From contig MU053482.1 of assembly GCA_013239625.1 (NCBI GenBank), positions 3,015,168 to 3,079,167 of the forward strand: a stretch of 64,000 bases of DNA, given 5' to 3'. This stretch comes from Lama guanicoe (taxonomy: Eukaryota). The translations under genes and the position numbers were made by a program. The number at the start of each line of letters is the position of its first letter. The first letter of the stretch is position 1. Of the stretch, positions 28,270 to 42,704 are shown piece after piece. The notes beneath the pieces are model-generated. The model made no database searches and had not been told where the DNA came from. It was given only the letters and a program-made list of their open reading frames with translations.

Positions 28270-29121
28270 GAATGATTTACAAATGGGGAAAGGACTCAGA
28301 CATTTCTCCAAAGAAGATGCATAGATGGCCAGTAAGCACGTTAAAAATGCTCAACAATACCACCACCATTAGAGGGATGCAAATCAAAACCACAATGAGA
28401 TGCTGCCTTACACCCACTGGCTACTATCAAAAGAAAAGAAAAGAAAATATCAAGTATTGGTGAGGATGTGGAGAAACTGGAAAGCTTGTGCACTAATGGT
28501 GGGAATGTAAAATGATACAGTAGTTCCTCAAAAAATTAAAAAGAGAACCACCATATGATCCACCAGTTCCAGTTCTAGGTAGATACTTAAAAGAATTCAA
28601 GTACAGACTTGATGAGATATTTGTATACTCACGTTCACTGCAACATTATTTGCAATAGCGAAAAGGCAGAAGCAACCTAAGATGCCTATTGACAAGTAAA
28701 TGGATAAGCAAAATGTGTTATACACATACCATGGAATATGACTTAGTCTTAAAAAGGAAGGAAATTCTGATACATGCTACAACAAGGATGAACCTTGAGG
28801 ACATGCTAAGTGAAACAACCCAGTCACAGGAAGACAAATACTGTATGATTTCTCTTATACGAAGTACTTAAGAGTAGTCAAATTCATATAGAGAGACAGC
28901 AGAATGATAGTTGCCATGGGCTAGGGAGGCAGAGAGAAGTGGGAGTTATTGTTTAATTGGCACAGAGTTTCAGTTTGGGAAGATGGAAAAAGTTCTGGAG
29001 ATGGATAGTAGTGACATTTTTGCATAACAATGGGAATGTACTTAATGCCACTAACCTGTATACTTTTAAAGGGTTAAAATGGCAAATTTAATACAATGTG
29101 TATTTTACCACAATAAAAAAA
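28270..29121 (+). mobile_element. 5'-truncated L1 (L1MB-like) 3' end
   Basis: ORFs 28272-28463 ([11 protein letters not shown]) and 28689-28871 (EILIHATTRMNLED). The 3' end is tattttaccacaataaaaaa. Confidence 0.88.
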
Positions 29122-29346
29122 TCCCACTAGAGTTCATTCATTCTTTGAGCACTTCAGTACTTTCTGGAATATAAAGCCTTTCTTATATTTTCCTTGCTCT
29201 AGTCCTGGCCCTAGTCATTTCTTCAAGGACTCTTTTCTTCCTTTTAATGGAGACTGGTATTTAGAAACCAAGATCTGGATACTAGCTGTGTTCACTGTTA
29301 CTGGAGTGTCTCTGCTGCCTGGCCTTCTCAATAAACAGAGCTAGAA

Positions 29347-29348
<2 letters not shown>

Positions 29349-29382
<34 letters not shown>
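29349..29382 (+). repeat. (AC)17 microsatellite
   Basis: Perfect AC run seen directly. Shorter runs: (AC)8 at 22543-22558, (AC)10 at 39601-39620 and (TA)10 at 62894-62913. Confidence 0.95.
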
Positions 29383-29384
<2 letters not shown>

Positions 29385-31219
29385 CCACCACAATCCCTCA
29401 ATACATAGACATACACACACATTTCCACATTTTCCATATTTGTACTTTCCTCTTCATCAGTGAAAAACCTGACTAAAATTATCCTCAATACATTTATTTG
29501 CTCAGTCTTCTGTTTGTAAACAGCACTCTGATTCCACTGGGCCATCAATACCAATTCACCTAGACTGTATTTCCAAGTATGGGACTCAGCACCTGCCTGA
29601 GCCTGCCCAACGGTGCTTGGACATAGGACAAAGGAAGGAAGGGGACAGAAAGGGAGAATTTAAAACAACTTTTTACTTGTTAGTTGATTTTTGCTGGGAA
29701 AAAGAAATGTTACTGATTTTTGTACATTGGTCTTACACTCAATAGTCTAACTGAATCATCTTATTAGTTAAAATAATTTGTCATTGTGGCACTTTTTCTA
29801 GGCAGAGAATCATAACACCTGAAAAAAATGAAAGTTTTCTCTTTCTCTTCTTATCTTTAGCTCTCATTTTCCCCTTATATTTTTAATTGAGAAATAACTG
29901 ACATATAACATCATATTAGTTTTAGGTGTGTAACAGAATGATCTGACACATTGTTAACAGCAGCAATAATAGCAAGCATCTTTATCCTGCTACAATCTTA
30001 AAAGGAACACATACAATTTCTTCATTAACTATAATGTTCACTGTAGGTCTTTGATATGTAGGTTTTACCATATTTGGAAGCTTTTCTCTAATAACAGTTT
30101 GCTAAGAACTTTTACACAAAAGACATACTGAAGTTTATTAAATGCCTTCTCTGCATTGATTAAGATAATCATAATTTTTGTCCTTTAATATACTAATGTG
30201 GTGAATTACACTAAAAGAATCCAAGGATCAATTCCACTATATCATGATGGTATGGGTTTTTTTTTTTTTTAAATGTACTACTAGAATCAATTAACCAATA
30301 TTTTATTTAGGAGTTCTGCACTTACACTGATACGAAAAATGGGCCTTACTTTTTTTTCTTTCTCTCTATTGTATTTAATTTGGCTTTAGAATCAGACTTA
30401 CACTAGCCTCAAAAATATTAAAAATATAATGCTGATTGAAAAAAGAAACAATGAATAATGTAACACACAGTTTACATATATTAAAAATATATATGCGCTA
30501 AATAATACTTTTTTTAAGAACATCTGCATTGAAAATAATATATTAAACACATCAAAATGATTGAGGGAGATTGGGAGCATAATGGTGATAAAAATAAATG
30601 ACTATAAAACACAAGAAAGGGACTTTGCATGGACCAAAGATGTCAATGTGTTATGAACTGGAGAGGGCCAGGATTGCTCCTAATAAGTAAGGGTGAAAAA
30701 GTGCCCTAAGATAATAGTATTCAGAGATAAGAGGAAACTTGAGGGTATCTAGTTCAACTCCTCTGACAATGTAGGAATCCTTTTTCAGCTCTCCTGAAAA
30801 TGACTAAAGCATATTTGATAGAATACTCTATGCAACAGGAATTGCATATCTATAGAGCTATCCTTCCTGCTGTTGAAAAGTTTTAAATGTTAGCTCTAAT
30901 CTATCCCTTCCCATATTTACCAAATCAGAATCTCTGATGATGGGGTCCAGAAATGCACATTTAAAAATTTTAAGAGAAGTTTAAAACATGGTAACAGGAC
31001 ACTGATTTTTCAGCTCTAGCTACATGTCAAGTTTACCTGTGGAACTTAAAAAAGAAAAAACAACAGATGCTTCATCCCTGGTGATTCTAATGCAACAGAC
31101 ATGAACACTTGTGCTTTAAACACATCAATGACAGTACTATCTATTGGGACAGTGACTATGTAGAAATGAAGCTCTAACCAGATAAGGTAAGCAGCTGCTT
31201 ACATTACATTCACATATTC

Positions 31220-33560
31220 ACTTATTTATCCATTCAGTTTTTATTAAGAGACTATTTCATGCTAGACATAATGGGAAATACAGGTAAGTCAACAGGCAAT
31301 TTAATTATATGTCATAAGCACTACTGCAGGGTCACAGTGGATAGGATGAGAGGAGTGCAGGACACAGTGGAAAAACAAAGAAGTGGCTACCAATCCACAA
31401 CTAATGGGCCAAAGAAAACTTCGAGGAGAAAGTGACATCTAAACTGAGAGTAAAGGATGACTAGGAGTTAGGTGGAAATGGACAATCGAGGGAGTAGGGA
31501 GTAGACAGAAATAGTGTTCCAAACTAAGGCAATAGATGTACAAAGACCAGAGGTTGGCATCAGTGAAAAATGAAGCTATAGAGGTAGGAAGGAGCCAAGA
31601 TATGATTAGAATTTACTCTGAGGGCAAAGGGGAAGGATTTTAAGTTGGAAAGTGACAAGATTGTAGAAATACCACTTTAGTAAAGCAAAGAAACAGGTAT
31701 ACTGAGGGGATGAGTCAGGAAGGATGTGGGGAGACCAGTTAAGAAGTTGATGCAGATAAATCTCAGCAATGTTCTCCTAGGGCAGTCTACCCAGGCAACA
31801 GAAATAAAAGCAAAAATAAACAAATGGGACCTAATTAAATTTATAAGATTTTGCACAGCAAAGAAAATCATAAGCAAAACAAAAAGACAACCTATGGAAC
31901 AGGAGAAAATATTTGCAAAAGATGAGACTGCCAGGGCTTAATTTCCAGGGTACATAAACAGCTTACCAAGAAAAAAAAAAACCCAATCCAAAAATGGGCA
32001 GAAGACCTAAACAAGCAATTCTCCAATGAAGACATACAAATAGCCAATAGGCACATGAAAAAATGCTCAGTATCACTAATTATCAGAGAAATGCAAATCA
32101 AAACTACAATGAAGTATCACCTCACACCAGTCAGAATGGCCATCATTCAAAAGTCCACAAATGACAAATGCTGGAGAGGCTGTGGAGAAAAAGGGAACCC
32201 TCCTACACTGTAGGTGGGATGCAGCCATTAAACAGTATGGAGATTCCTCAAAAGATTAAAAATAGACTTACCATATGATCCAGCAATCCCACTCCTGGGC
32301 ATATATCCAGAGGAAACCTTAATTCAAAAAGATACATGCACTCCAATGTTCATAGCAGCACTATTTACAGTAGCCAGGACACCGAAACAACCTAAATGTC
32401 CATCGACAAATGACTGGATAAAGCTGTGGTAAATTTATATGATGGAATACTACTCAGCCATAAAAATAAAATAATGCCATTTGCAGCAACCTGGATGTCC
32501 CTGGAGAATGTCATTCTAAGTGAAGTAAGCCAGAAAGAAAAAGAAAAATACCATATGATACCACTTTTATGTGGAATCTTAAAAAAAAAAAGGCAAATGA
32601 ACTTATTTACAAAACAGAAGCAGACTTGCAGACATAGAAAACAAACTTATGGTTACTGGGGGGGGGACATAAATTGGGAGTTTGAGATTTGCAGATACTA
32701 ACTACTATATATAAAACAGATAAGTTTATGCTGTATAGCACAAGGAACTATACTCAGTATCTTGTAATGTATGGTGAAAAATATGAGAATGAATATATGT
32801 ATGTTCCTATATGACTGAAGCATTTTGCTGCACACCAGAAATTGACACAACATTGTAAACTGACTATACTTCAATAAAAATATATTTAAAAAAGACATTG
32901 GTACAGTAACAGAGATAAGAAATGTTGGTGACTTAAATCAGGATATTGGAATTTAAGGATAGAGAAAAGAATCTGGGAATTGAGAGACATTTAGGAAGCA
33001 GAATCTATAGGACTCAGTGGTTGATCAGACATGAGGATAAGGCTAAGAAAAAGACACTGATCTCAAGTTTTGGGCTCATTTGGTGCCATTTGTTGAACTA
33101 GGAAACTCAGGAGGAAGAGGTTGTGGATGGTGGCTGGAAATGGGGATAAAGGTGATTATTTCAGTTTGAAACATAACATCTAAATGACTTTGGGATATTT
33201 AAGTAAAGATGGACAGTAACCAGCAAGATATTCAGTTCTGGAGGTAGGTTTGTAAGTCTTAAGTAAAAGACAATAATGTGGATGAGAAACATTGCCCAGG
33301 GAGAGTCTTAGACTGGGAGAAGATCTAAAGATGCAAATAAACATCACCATTTGCAGGATAGGGGAAAGGAAGTCCTATCAAAATTACTGAAAAACAGATT
33401 CAAAACAAGTAGAAAATCAGCAGAAATGGTATTATCAAAGATAAGGGAAGAGGATTTTGCACAGAAGTGTCAGTGGTCATCATCAAATCTACCATATGCC
33501 AAATAAGAACTGAAGAGTTTCCATTAGATTTATCAATGAATTCTCATTGGCTGAGTGGTG
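31220..33560 (-). mobile_element. L2 element, split by a younger L1 at 31756-32893
   Basis: L2 reverse-strand motifs: atttatccattcagtttttattaagagactat, ggagaccagttaagaag, then gagagacatttaggaagcagaatctataggact. Confidence 0.72.
31756..32893 (+). mobile_element. 5'-truncated lineage-specific L1 (ORF2 end and 3' UTR)
   Basis: [22 protein letters not shown] and [26 protein letters not shown]. Ends gactatacttcaataaaaatatatttaaaaaa. Possible degraded TSD aagaagttgatgcag / aagacattggtacag (11/15). Confidence 0.92.
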
Positions 33561-34889
33561 GCAGCCAACGATTTGGCCTAAAACTTACAGCTGTTAGAAT
33601 AGCTAATTTCTTAATGAATTTTCTCCTGAAAGTCAAAGTTGTTAACAACCAAGTTGGTTCCTTAAGAAGTAATTTGGAGAAGAAGACTCATTTCAATAAT
33701 TACTACTTCCATGAAATTATGTAACCATTCATGTATACAAATAATATCTGGATACATTCTATGTATTATACTGGTATTATATTGGATGTTGGGTATACAA
33801 TGATGAACAATAAAAACAAGGTCTGTTTTCATTTACTTAAGGTTGGAGTTTTTCAACAGCAATTGTTATTAAAAAAAAAATCCCCAAGTCTCTAGAATCT
33901 AAGTTCCCAATTTAAACTTAAATTTAACCTACTGCCACAGTTTTTGAAGAACACAGTGTCAGTGAGTTAAAGGCACAAAGTTTAAAAAAAAAGTGGATTT
34001 AGAAGTAACATCTAATTTATGAACTGTGTAATCTGAGAAAATTAATTTCTTTGAGCCTACTTCCAGTGGGTAATAGTGATAGTGGGCGACTCAGTTTCAG
34101 AATCAAAAGAAAGCTGGGGTTTGTTAGAGGCAGTAAGAGGGAGACAGGAACCCAATAAGGAAAAGGACAAGATAATTATGGATGCTGACTAGAGGAGTGG
34201 AGAATGAAAGCAGAGTTGAGGAACAATAGTGGGGAGTAAGAACTGACTCTTTTAACTGATCCCTTCTGCTTAGGCCATCCCCCACAAGCGTTAAACCAAA
34301 CGACGACGAAAGGAAAAAAAACGTGTACAGGATGAAGCTTGTTGATAGAGAGCTTCATGACAGCATGGTCTGCTTGAGCTGTTCTGTTAAGAAACTCCGA
34401 TTTCAGTATTTTTAGTAAAATCGTTTTCTCTTTGGCTAGTTACATCTGTCAGAGAGCTGTCTTCCAATGCCTTGCCTTGAGGGAAGGCTGCCAGAGTTCT
34501 AGGGCTGAAGGGGGAAAGTCATCAGCTGGTATTCTCAATATCTGGCACTCATTTAACTCTCCTGTTTGCAGCAAAACAATTTCCCTCAGCCAGACCTAGT
34601 GTCTCCCTGACCAGCTCACATTCTGTATGTCAGTCTGTCTTTCTCTCTCTCAAAAATAAATACACAAACAAACAAACCTCTAATCTTCTGCCATGGTAAG
34701 GGAGAGGCAGCTGGCTGTTTACATGGTATTGCAAAAGATCTGGGAGAGCACTCAAACTCTCCGGGAAACTTTCAACCAATCCTCTTTTTAATGTTTTAGC
34801 TTCATCTTAATCTCCTGCTTTCATAGATAACTTGATGTCTCTAATTTCTGAGCCTTTGCAGTTCTGCAGTTTGGACTGATTCTTATTTT

Positions 34890-35670
34890 GTGAAGTGTCT
34901 GTTCAAACTGTCCATTTTCAAAAATCGGTTTCGCTTCTTCTTACTAAGCTTTAGGAATTCTTTATATAAACATGACACCAGTTCTTTGTTACATATATTT
35001 TGGAAATATTTTTTCTTACTGTTGACTATTCATTTCCTTAATGATGTCTTCTGATGAGCATATATTTTAATTTTGATGAAGTAAAATAATCATTTTTTCT
35101 TTTTTGGTTATCACTTTTTGTGACATAAGAAACTGTTACCATTCCCAAGTCATGAAACTATTCCATGTTTCCCCTTGAAAGCTTTATGGTTTGTATTTTA
35201 TGTTTATGTCTTTGCTCTACCTCAGATTAACCCTGTGTTTGGTGTGAGGTAGAGGCCGAGGTTCACTTTCCTCCACATAGATACTCAGTTATTTCAGCAC
35301 TAATTGTGGAAAAACACTTTCCTCTCCTTTTTGGATTGCTCTGGTGCCTTTGTCAAAAATCCCATAAACATGGGTCTATTTCTGGGAGCTCTCTTCCACT
35401 GATTTATTTGATACTATGTCAGTACCACTCTGTCTTGGTTATTATGGGTTGATAGTAAGTCTTGAAATCAGGTAGTATATGTAGTCCAATTTTGTTCTTT
35501 TTCAAGATCGCTTTGGCCATTTTAGTCCTCTGCATTTCCCCATAAATTTTAGAAACATCCTGTCAATTTCCATTAAAAAGTCTGCTGCAATTTTTATTTG
35601 GATTGCAGTCAACCTACAGATTGATTCGTGGAGAAGTGACATCTTAATGATATTGGGTCTTCCACATTCT
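34890..35670 (-). mobile_element. Old L1 ORF2 fragment
   Basis: Reverse-L1 motifs: gtgtgaggtagagg, gcctttgtcaaaaatc, tagtaagtcttgaaatcagg, tctgcatttccccataaattttagaa. Confidence 0.75.
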
Positions 35671-38600
35671 TTGAGTTTTTACTTTACTGACTATATAATC
35701 TAAACTTACCTGGTCATTTCTGTTAGTCTCTTGTTATTTGCTTACTTTGTATTCAATCACTTATTTATTTAAATATTTTAATTATTACATATTCAAAATG
35801 GATAATTCCAATATACAGAGACTTTGGGGATCTCAATCTATTATTGGTTGTTTCTGTTGACACTATTTCATACTGGCTCATTTCCTTCGTATTTGGTCAT
35901 GGTAAAATTGTGAGTTCGTATATTAACTGAATTTTAACTGTGGAAATCCTGACTGCCTAAATTGGGGCTGCATTATTCCAGAAAGGATTTATAATTGTTT
36001 CTTCTAGAGGCAAGGGTGAGGGGCATGCCACTGAATAGGTATTATTTTATTCCTCTTCTACTGTCTTACCCTGATGTAAAACTCAGGTTCAACTAGCTCT
36101 CCTTACAGAAGCCAAGGCTCAACTGTGCTCACAAATCTGGTTTCCCCAACTGCTAATTGCTCAGAATTTGGGTTTCCGTATTTGTTCTTTTCTTTAGAGT
36201 AGAGATTTGCTCTTTTTCTTGGGAAAAACAATATATCAAAATCATGTGTTTTTTTTTTCAAATTTCTAAGATCTACTTCTATGTTAGTGAGAGGGTCCCT
36301 CACAGCAAGCAGTTTATTATAATGCTGGAAATGGAGGACTTCACTGGGTTTTTAAATTATAATTTACTGTGAAAAGATCCTACCTAAGATCTTGACACAT
36401 AAAAATCATATATCTGCTAAAATGTAGAGTTAAGGCCATATTTTTGAAGAGATTTACAGTAATCTCAGTTATAAAAAATACTAAAATATGATCAGTTATT
36501 TGAGATGAGAAGATATATAGGAATAATCTATAATCCCTATAAGCCAGTCCTTTAAAAAATTATCTTGGCACTAAAAGAACCTGATAAACAAAAGAACTCC
36601 TTGGCAGTACTCATGTTCCATTTAATTTTCTCTTGAGGACAGGAAAGACAGAATAACTTCAAGATCACGAAAAGCAGAAATTACTAAAGTTTTTGAATCA
36701 CTACCTAAAAATTAGTTCATTTAGTGTTTCTATCTTAAAACACCAACACAGATGTTTGGCTTCTCTGTCTTGAAACTAGGCTTTTGTAAAAAATGTTCAG
36801 AATGTCATGTTAAATCCCCACAAGTAACACTGTTGCAACAAGAATATAAATATTAATAAACCCCAAGTTGGTAATAAATAACCCATTAAAATAAGAGTAT
36901 CACATGTGAACCTATTTATAACTGGAAAGAGACTCTACACAATGTTCAACAACAGTGTATGCTGGAATGAAGACAGGATCTATTTTTATGTAATTATGAA
37001 ATACTAAATTATAAAATATTAAGTGCTCATCAGTGCAGGTATATTTGAAAGCAGAAAAAAAATCCATACTTTCCCTCCCTGGAATACGATTATTTAGATG
37101 AAAAAAATATTTGTAGTCGATGGGTACCTGGCTATTCTGTAAGTAATTACTAATTAGTATATGCTAAAATTAAGTTTAAAGAAAGAGTTATAACTTAGTT
37201 CTTCAATTAACAACAGCACATAAAGCACTAACTGAAAAAAGTTTCCTAAAACAGTTTCTGTAGTTTTATCATCAGTTATAGGGGATCAGGAAATTAGCTA
37301 ACTTTAAGGCTTCTGGTAACCTTGATCTGTTAATCAAATTCCTTTGTTCTCTATAATGACAGTTACCAAAGTAACTGTAACAAAGTAACAAAAGATGTGA
37401 CCTTTTTTAGGGCAAATTAATTATGTTTTATTCTTCTCATAAAAGTTGATAATTTCCTTCCTACAAAAATAAGAATCTTTTTAAAATTATAAAATATGCT
37501 TGTTATATGTTTTATATAATTTAATTATGCATGTGTGTGTTTCAAGCAGTGAAAAGTTTAAATAGAAGTCAAAACTCTTCTAATTTAAATGCCAGAGATA
37601 ACCATTATTAAGGACTTAGCATAAATATCCTTCCAGATTTTTACTATGATATACATACAACATACCTGTAATTTTAGGTTAAAAATAGAATTATATTATA
37701 TCCACTTTACATAACCTCCTTTTTGCCCACCTGGCAATATATAAAAAGTTTTTAATATGAATACATATTACAGATCTGTTTTTCTATTTAGCTGAACAGT
37801 ATTCCAAAGAAGAGTTGTATCATAATTGGATTAGTCAATATCCAAATGGTAACATTTAGGTTGCTTTCAATTTTTGCTACAATAAACTAGTCTCCTATAC
37901 TCTAAATTAAGAATGTATTTCCAGTAAGGTGAATCATCTCCTATCTTGCCAATTTGCTCAAACTACAAAGTGCTTGTTACAAGATTACATTTTTATGTTA
38001 GATTTTAAGTTAGAATTCCTGAGAAAGAAATCCTTTGAAATAGGTTTGAAAAGATAAATATGTCCTGCAAAAAACTCTTAACAGCAGTACCTTAAGACAT
38101 TAATGTGTATAAATTATAGATTATAACTAACAATGATACAATCAACACCCATGTACCTAGTTTAAGAAACAGAGTATTACCATTACCTTTGAAGATCTCT
38201 ATATTCAATGCCCTTCCTCTCTGTTTCCCAGAGGTAATTTTCCTCAATATTTTCTTTATTTCCTTGAGTTTCTTTTTTCCCAGATTTATTGAGGTATAAT
38301 TGACATATAAAACTGTAGTGTATAATATGATAATTTAATATATGTATATATTGCCTTTCTTTTCTTTATATTTTTACCACTTTATATGTTCTATCCCTAA
38401 ATTAACTATCTCTAAATAATACATTGTATGCTTTGAATTTTATATAAATAAAATACCTTTTATTGTAATTGAAATACCTTTTTATTTTTATACAAAATTA
38501 CCATCTTTAAGATTCACCCATATTGTTCCTTGTAGCTGTGATTGATTTTATTACCTCTGCTAAGTAATATTCTAACATAAGAAGATACCATAATTTATGT

Positions 38601-39074
38601 ATTCATTCTACTGCTAGTTAGCATGTGAGCTGTTTCCAGTTTTCTGCTATTTCAAACAATGTTCCTATGAACATTTTTGTGTGTATCTCTTGGTGGGCAA
38701 GAACTTCTTTAAGAGTAGAATCACTGGATCATAGAATATGTTCCTATTCAGTTTTATAGGAAAATCTTATTTCTTATGATCTTATACGTTCTCAAATTTT
38801 CTAACTCTGAAACATTTTTAGTATATGGTGTGAGGTATCTGCACATTTTTTTATGTACATGGTTCATTATATGTACATGGTCACCCAACTGTCCCAGTAC
38901 TATTTACTGAATTTTTCATCTCTTTTATCACTGACCTGAAATACCAACTTTGTCCTAAATCACATTTCCATGTATGTGTACATCTGTTTATGAACTCTAT
39001 ATTCTGTTCTACTGGCCAATTTGTTTATGACTGCATCAATACTACATTGTCTTAATTAATGCAATCTTGAATTA

Positions 39075-40050
39075 AAAAAAATTAAGTGTTACTGAGGTAT
39101 AACTGACAAATAAAATGGTAAGATATTTAAAGAGTACACTGAGGTGATTTGAAATATCTATACATCGTGAAAGGATTCCCACAATTGAGTTAACTGATAC
39201 CTTACCTTACATATTTATCTTTTTGCCTTTTTTTGATTCAAACATTTTTCAACTCTCTTAGCAATTTCGATTATACAGTATAGTGTTATCAACTGTAGTT
39301 ACCATGTTGTACATTTAGATCTTCAGGTCTTACTCATCTTACAGCTAAAAGTTTGTATCTCTTACTAATCTCTCCCTATTTCCTCCACCTCTCAGCCCTT
39401 GGCAACAATTTTTCTACTATGTTTCTAAGAATTTGACTTCTTTTTTTTTTTAAGGTTCCACATATAATTCCATACAGTATTTCTCTTTCTCTGTCTGGCT
39501 TATTTCACTTTCCACAAGGTTCATCCACATTGTTGCAAATGATAGAATTTCCTTCTTTCTCATGGCTGAACAATATTCCACTGTTTGTGTGTATACACAA
39601 ACACACACACACACACACACCCCCATCGTCTTTACCCATTCATCCATTGATGGACACTGAGGTTGTTTCCATGTCTTGGCTATTGTGACAAATGCTGCAA
39701 TGAACATGTTGTGCAGATACTTCTTCAATATCCTATTTTCATTTCCTATGGATATACCCAGAATTGGAACTCTGGATCATATGGTAGTTCTACTTTTAAT
39801 TTTTTGAGAAACATTCACACTATTTTTTATAGTGGCTACACCAATTTACATTCCCACAGACAGTGCACAAGGGTTCCCTTTTTGCCATATTCTTGCCAAT
39901 ACTTGTTATCTCTTGTCTCTTTGATAAGTCATTCTAACAGATGTGAGGTGATATTACACTGTGATTTTGATTTGCATTTCTCTTGCACTGCCTTCTGGTA
40001 ACGGTCAGCACATTTTCATTTACCTCTTGGCAATTTTTATGTCCTCCTTG
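39075..40050 (-). mobile_element. 5'-truncated L1 3' end (L1MA-like), nested in older minus-strand L1 sequence (~38100-40260)
   Basis: ORF 39450-39728(-) [26 protein letters not shown]...EILSFATMWMNL. Reverse 3' end actgaggtataactgac. Confidence 0.88.
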
Positions 40051-41011
40051 GAATTAATGTTTGATATATGACAAGGCCAATTCCCATGCTTTGCATTTTT
40101 AGGAGTGTGTTGGTAATTCTTAGGCTTTGGAACTTCCAGTTGGGATTCAGATGGGAACTGCAATAACTCTACAGATTATTTTGGGGAGAACCGGTATCTT
40201 TATAATATTGAGTCTTCTAATCCACAAACATGGTATATCTTTCCATTTATTTAGGCCTTCTTCATCCACAAATTTTATTATTAATTATATCCTGTAACTC
40301 TCACTTTCCAATCTACCAAAATTTACCATGAATTTTATTTCATTTCCCTGGAGCCCCACATATAGTCTTTGAAATCTTAATATTTAATCACATTTTTCTC
40401 TTTGTGTAAAGTTTAAGAAAAGTTTGTTATCACCTGCAAACAACATGATGCCAATGTCACAGAAATAGCATGGGGAAATCAGATAATTTGCTTTTCCTAA
40501 ATTGTGCCCTTATTATTTTCTGGGAAGCTTATTTTTGTAAGATCATACAAATATTTTGAGGCCAACTATAAATTTTTTTTGTGCTTTACCCACACAAAGT
40601 ACTAAGTAAACACTTAACTGAGTAATTCATTTATCATTTGGATTAGCCACCATTCATTCACTGCCTTCTGCCTTAACAGTATAACTGAAAACTGGCTGAA
40701 AAGGGCCTGACATGAATACAGACATTAAGTAATATATAACTGAATGTTTTAAAGACAACTTTTCATTTTCAGAAAGTTTGCTTATAGTACAAGTAAAATA
40801 GCCTAGTATTTTTCAAGAGAAAATAAAGAAAAAATTGAAAACTCTTATTATTTATACTAATATATAACTGTTTCTGACAGAAATGGTATGGATTTTGGCC
40901 CTTCCTATTAGCTGTGGAAGGTTCAAGAACTTATCAGTAATTGCTGAATCTCCTGGAAAAATAAAAAAAATTCTCAAATAATAAGGATAATCTGAAACAA
41001 CTGAAAGTTAC

Positions 41012-41161
41012 CTGCAGAGTACAGTTCATCATCCTTATTATGTAGTCAAACTGTTGATGGTCTAATATTGCCCGGTTTTGCTGAACATGTAAACCCAGTT
41101 CATCAGTGAGACACTGTCTTGCTGCCTTTCCTTTAAGGGCTCTCAATGCAGCAGGAAGCGT
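41012..41161 (-). CDS. SBF2: SBF2 coding exon, 150 nt, phase 0-0 (probably exon 16)
   Basis: Translates [50 protein letters not shown]. Acceptor ctctcttgtccacAG, donor CAG|GTAACT. Confidence 0.96.
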
Positions 41162-42379
41162 CTGTGGACAAGAGAGGTAGAAGTGAACAAAAGACACCAC
41201 TGGGAAAAAAGTAACTTTTAATCACTGAAAATTCACGTGTATCCTGTAAACTATTTAACAGAGTTATTAGTAGAATTAAACTCCTAAAAAAGAGTTGATT
41301 TGCTATTAAGAACAACTATAAATAGATGATTTACAGCGATTTTTATTTGTAAGGAAGCATGAAAAATAAGTAGGGCTTAGTTTATGTGATATATTTTAAA
41401 AACATTAAACTTCATTTAAAAAACCTCATCAAAACTTTGTCACCAAAGTAACTGTTGCTTCAGATTATAAGTCAAAATCACAGACACTTAAGACACGTTC
41501 TTTCAGTAAATGGCCACATCTCCATAGCAAGAACAGAAAGAAAATTAAAATGACAAGACTACTGGGTGATTTTATGTTTGAAACTGATCAGCAACTTAAC
41601 ACTACTCAGTTTTAATTTATGACTGGAAAATTCTGCAATCTCTTGTAATTTCAACAGCATAAGAAAGCAGTAAAAAAAAAAAAAAACTCAGAGCAACAAA
41701 TAGTAAACTCTGGGTTTATGTATTAAAACTCTTTTAACTTCACTGCCCACAAGAATGCCTCTTACAGTTCACCTTGAGAGCCTAATTAATTTACTTTACA
41801 TAAAATAAATAATAGGCTTATTTAACTTTGAAAACCTAAAGTCAACACAAAGGAGCAAATAAGAAGGAAGGGAAGAAGCCTGAGAGTAGAAGGACCTAAT
41901 ACTTTTTTAACAACAGGTGTAATAAACAAGGTGTGAAAGCTGAAAGCAACAGAAGCAAAAGAAAGTCTGTAACACTTCAACCATGAGAAAAAAACGGGTA
42001 TCAAAAAACTCAAATATAAAGAGGCCTGAGGTCATTTAGTGTAAGGGTAAAAACTTTATTTTACATGTTTTACTAGCCCCTTGTAATAGATGCTCAGAAC
42101 TATGACAAGTTACTAAGAAAAGGTTACATTATATATAGTATATTATATTAAAGAAAGCAAGAAAACATGTTTTAATGAGGTGCATTTAATTGAATACCAT
42201 AATTTTTATAATTCATTACTTCTTCTAGATTCTCTGCAATAAAATACTACATTTAAAATGTTAAGTTTCTAAGTAATATGTCAAAATAGGATTTAGTGAA
42301 TAATTTAAAAGTTTCAGGGGAAACATGACTATCAATGTTTCTCAGGTAGTCATGTGAATAAGCATGGCTAGGAGTTTTT

Positions 42380-42704
42380 AAATAAAACTCTTCTAATTGA
42401 AGTATAGTCAGTTTACAATGTTGGGTCAATTTCTGGTGTACAGCATAATTTTTCAGTCATACATATACACACATATATTCCTTTTCATATTCTTTTTCAC
42501 TATAGTGACTACAGTTTGCCAGTGCTGTACAGTTTAAACTTGTTGTTTATCGATTTTACAGGGATTTCCTTGAATTTCTGATGTAAGAAATATCCTGCCA
42601 AAGTCCAATAGGTATTCTGTGTGATTTGTTCTGTATGTAGGTATCGATTTTGCTGTATTCGTGGGAGAGGGTGAGCTAGGGGTCCTACTACTCCGCCATC
42701 CTAC
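42380..42704 (-). mobile_element. Mini-L1: L1 5' UTR start fused to L1 3' terminus, with TSD
   Basis: The minus strand begins gtaggatggcggagtagtaggacccctagctcaccctctcccacgaatac (L1 5'-end-like). At 42560/42561 it switches to an L1 3' end similar to 32710-32875. Flanks are tggctaggagttttt(aaat) / tggctaggatttt(aaat). Confidence 0.75.

Larger units (their letters stand above)
27345..30410 (-). mobile_element. Degraded ancient L1 on the minus strand, interrupted by a + strand L1
   Basis: T-rich reverse-L1 motifs (ttgccacatccctaccaacact, ttgttttaatttgcat, taatgtggtgaattaca). Confidence 0.6.

Noticed and set aside
35705..35713. Consensus donor CAG|GTAAGT on the minus strand (also GAG|GTAAGT near 43213-43221)
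   Set aside because: No convincing partner acceptor or coding frame; decoy donors are common in long introns.
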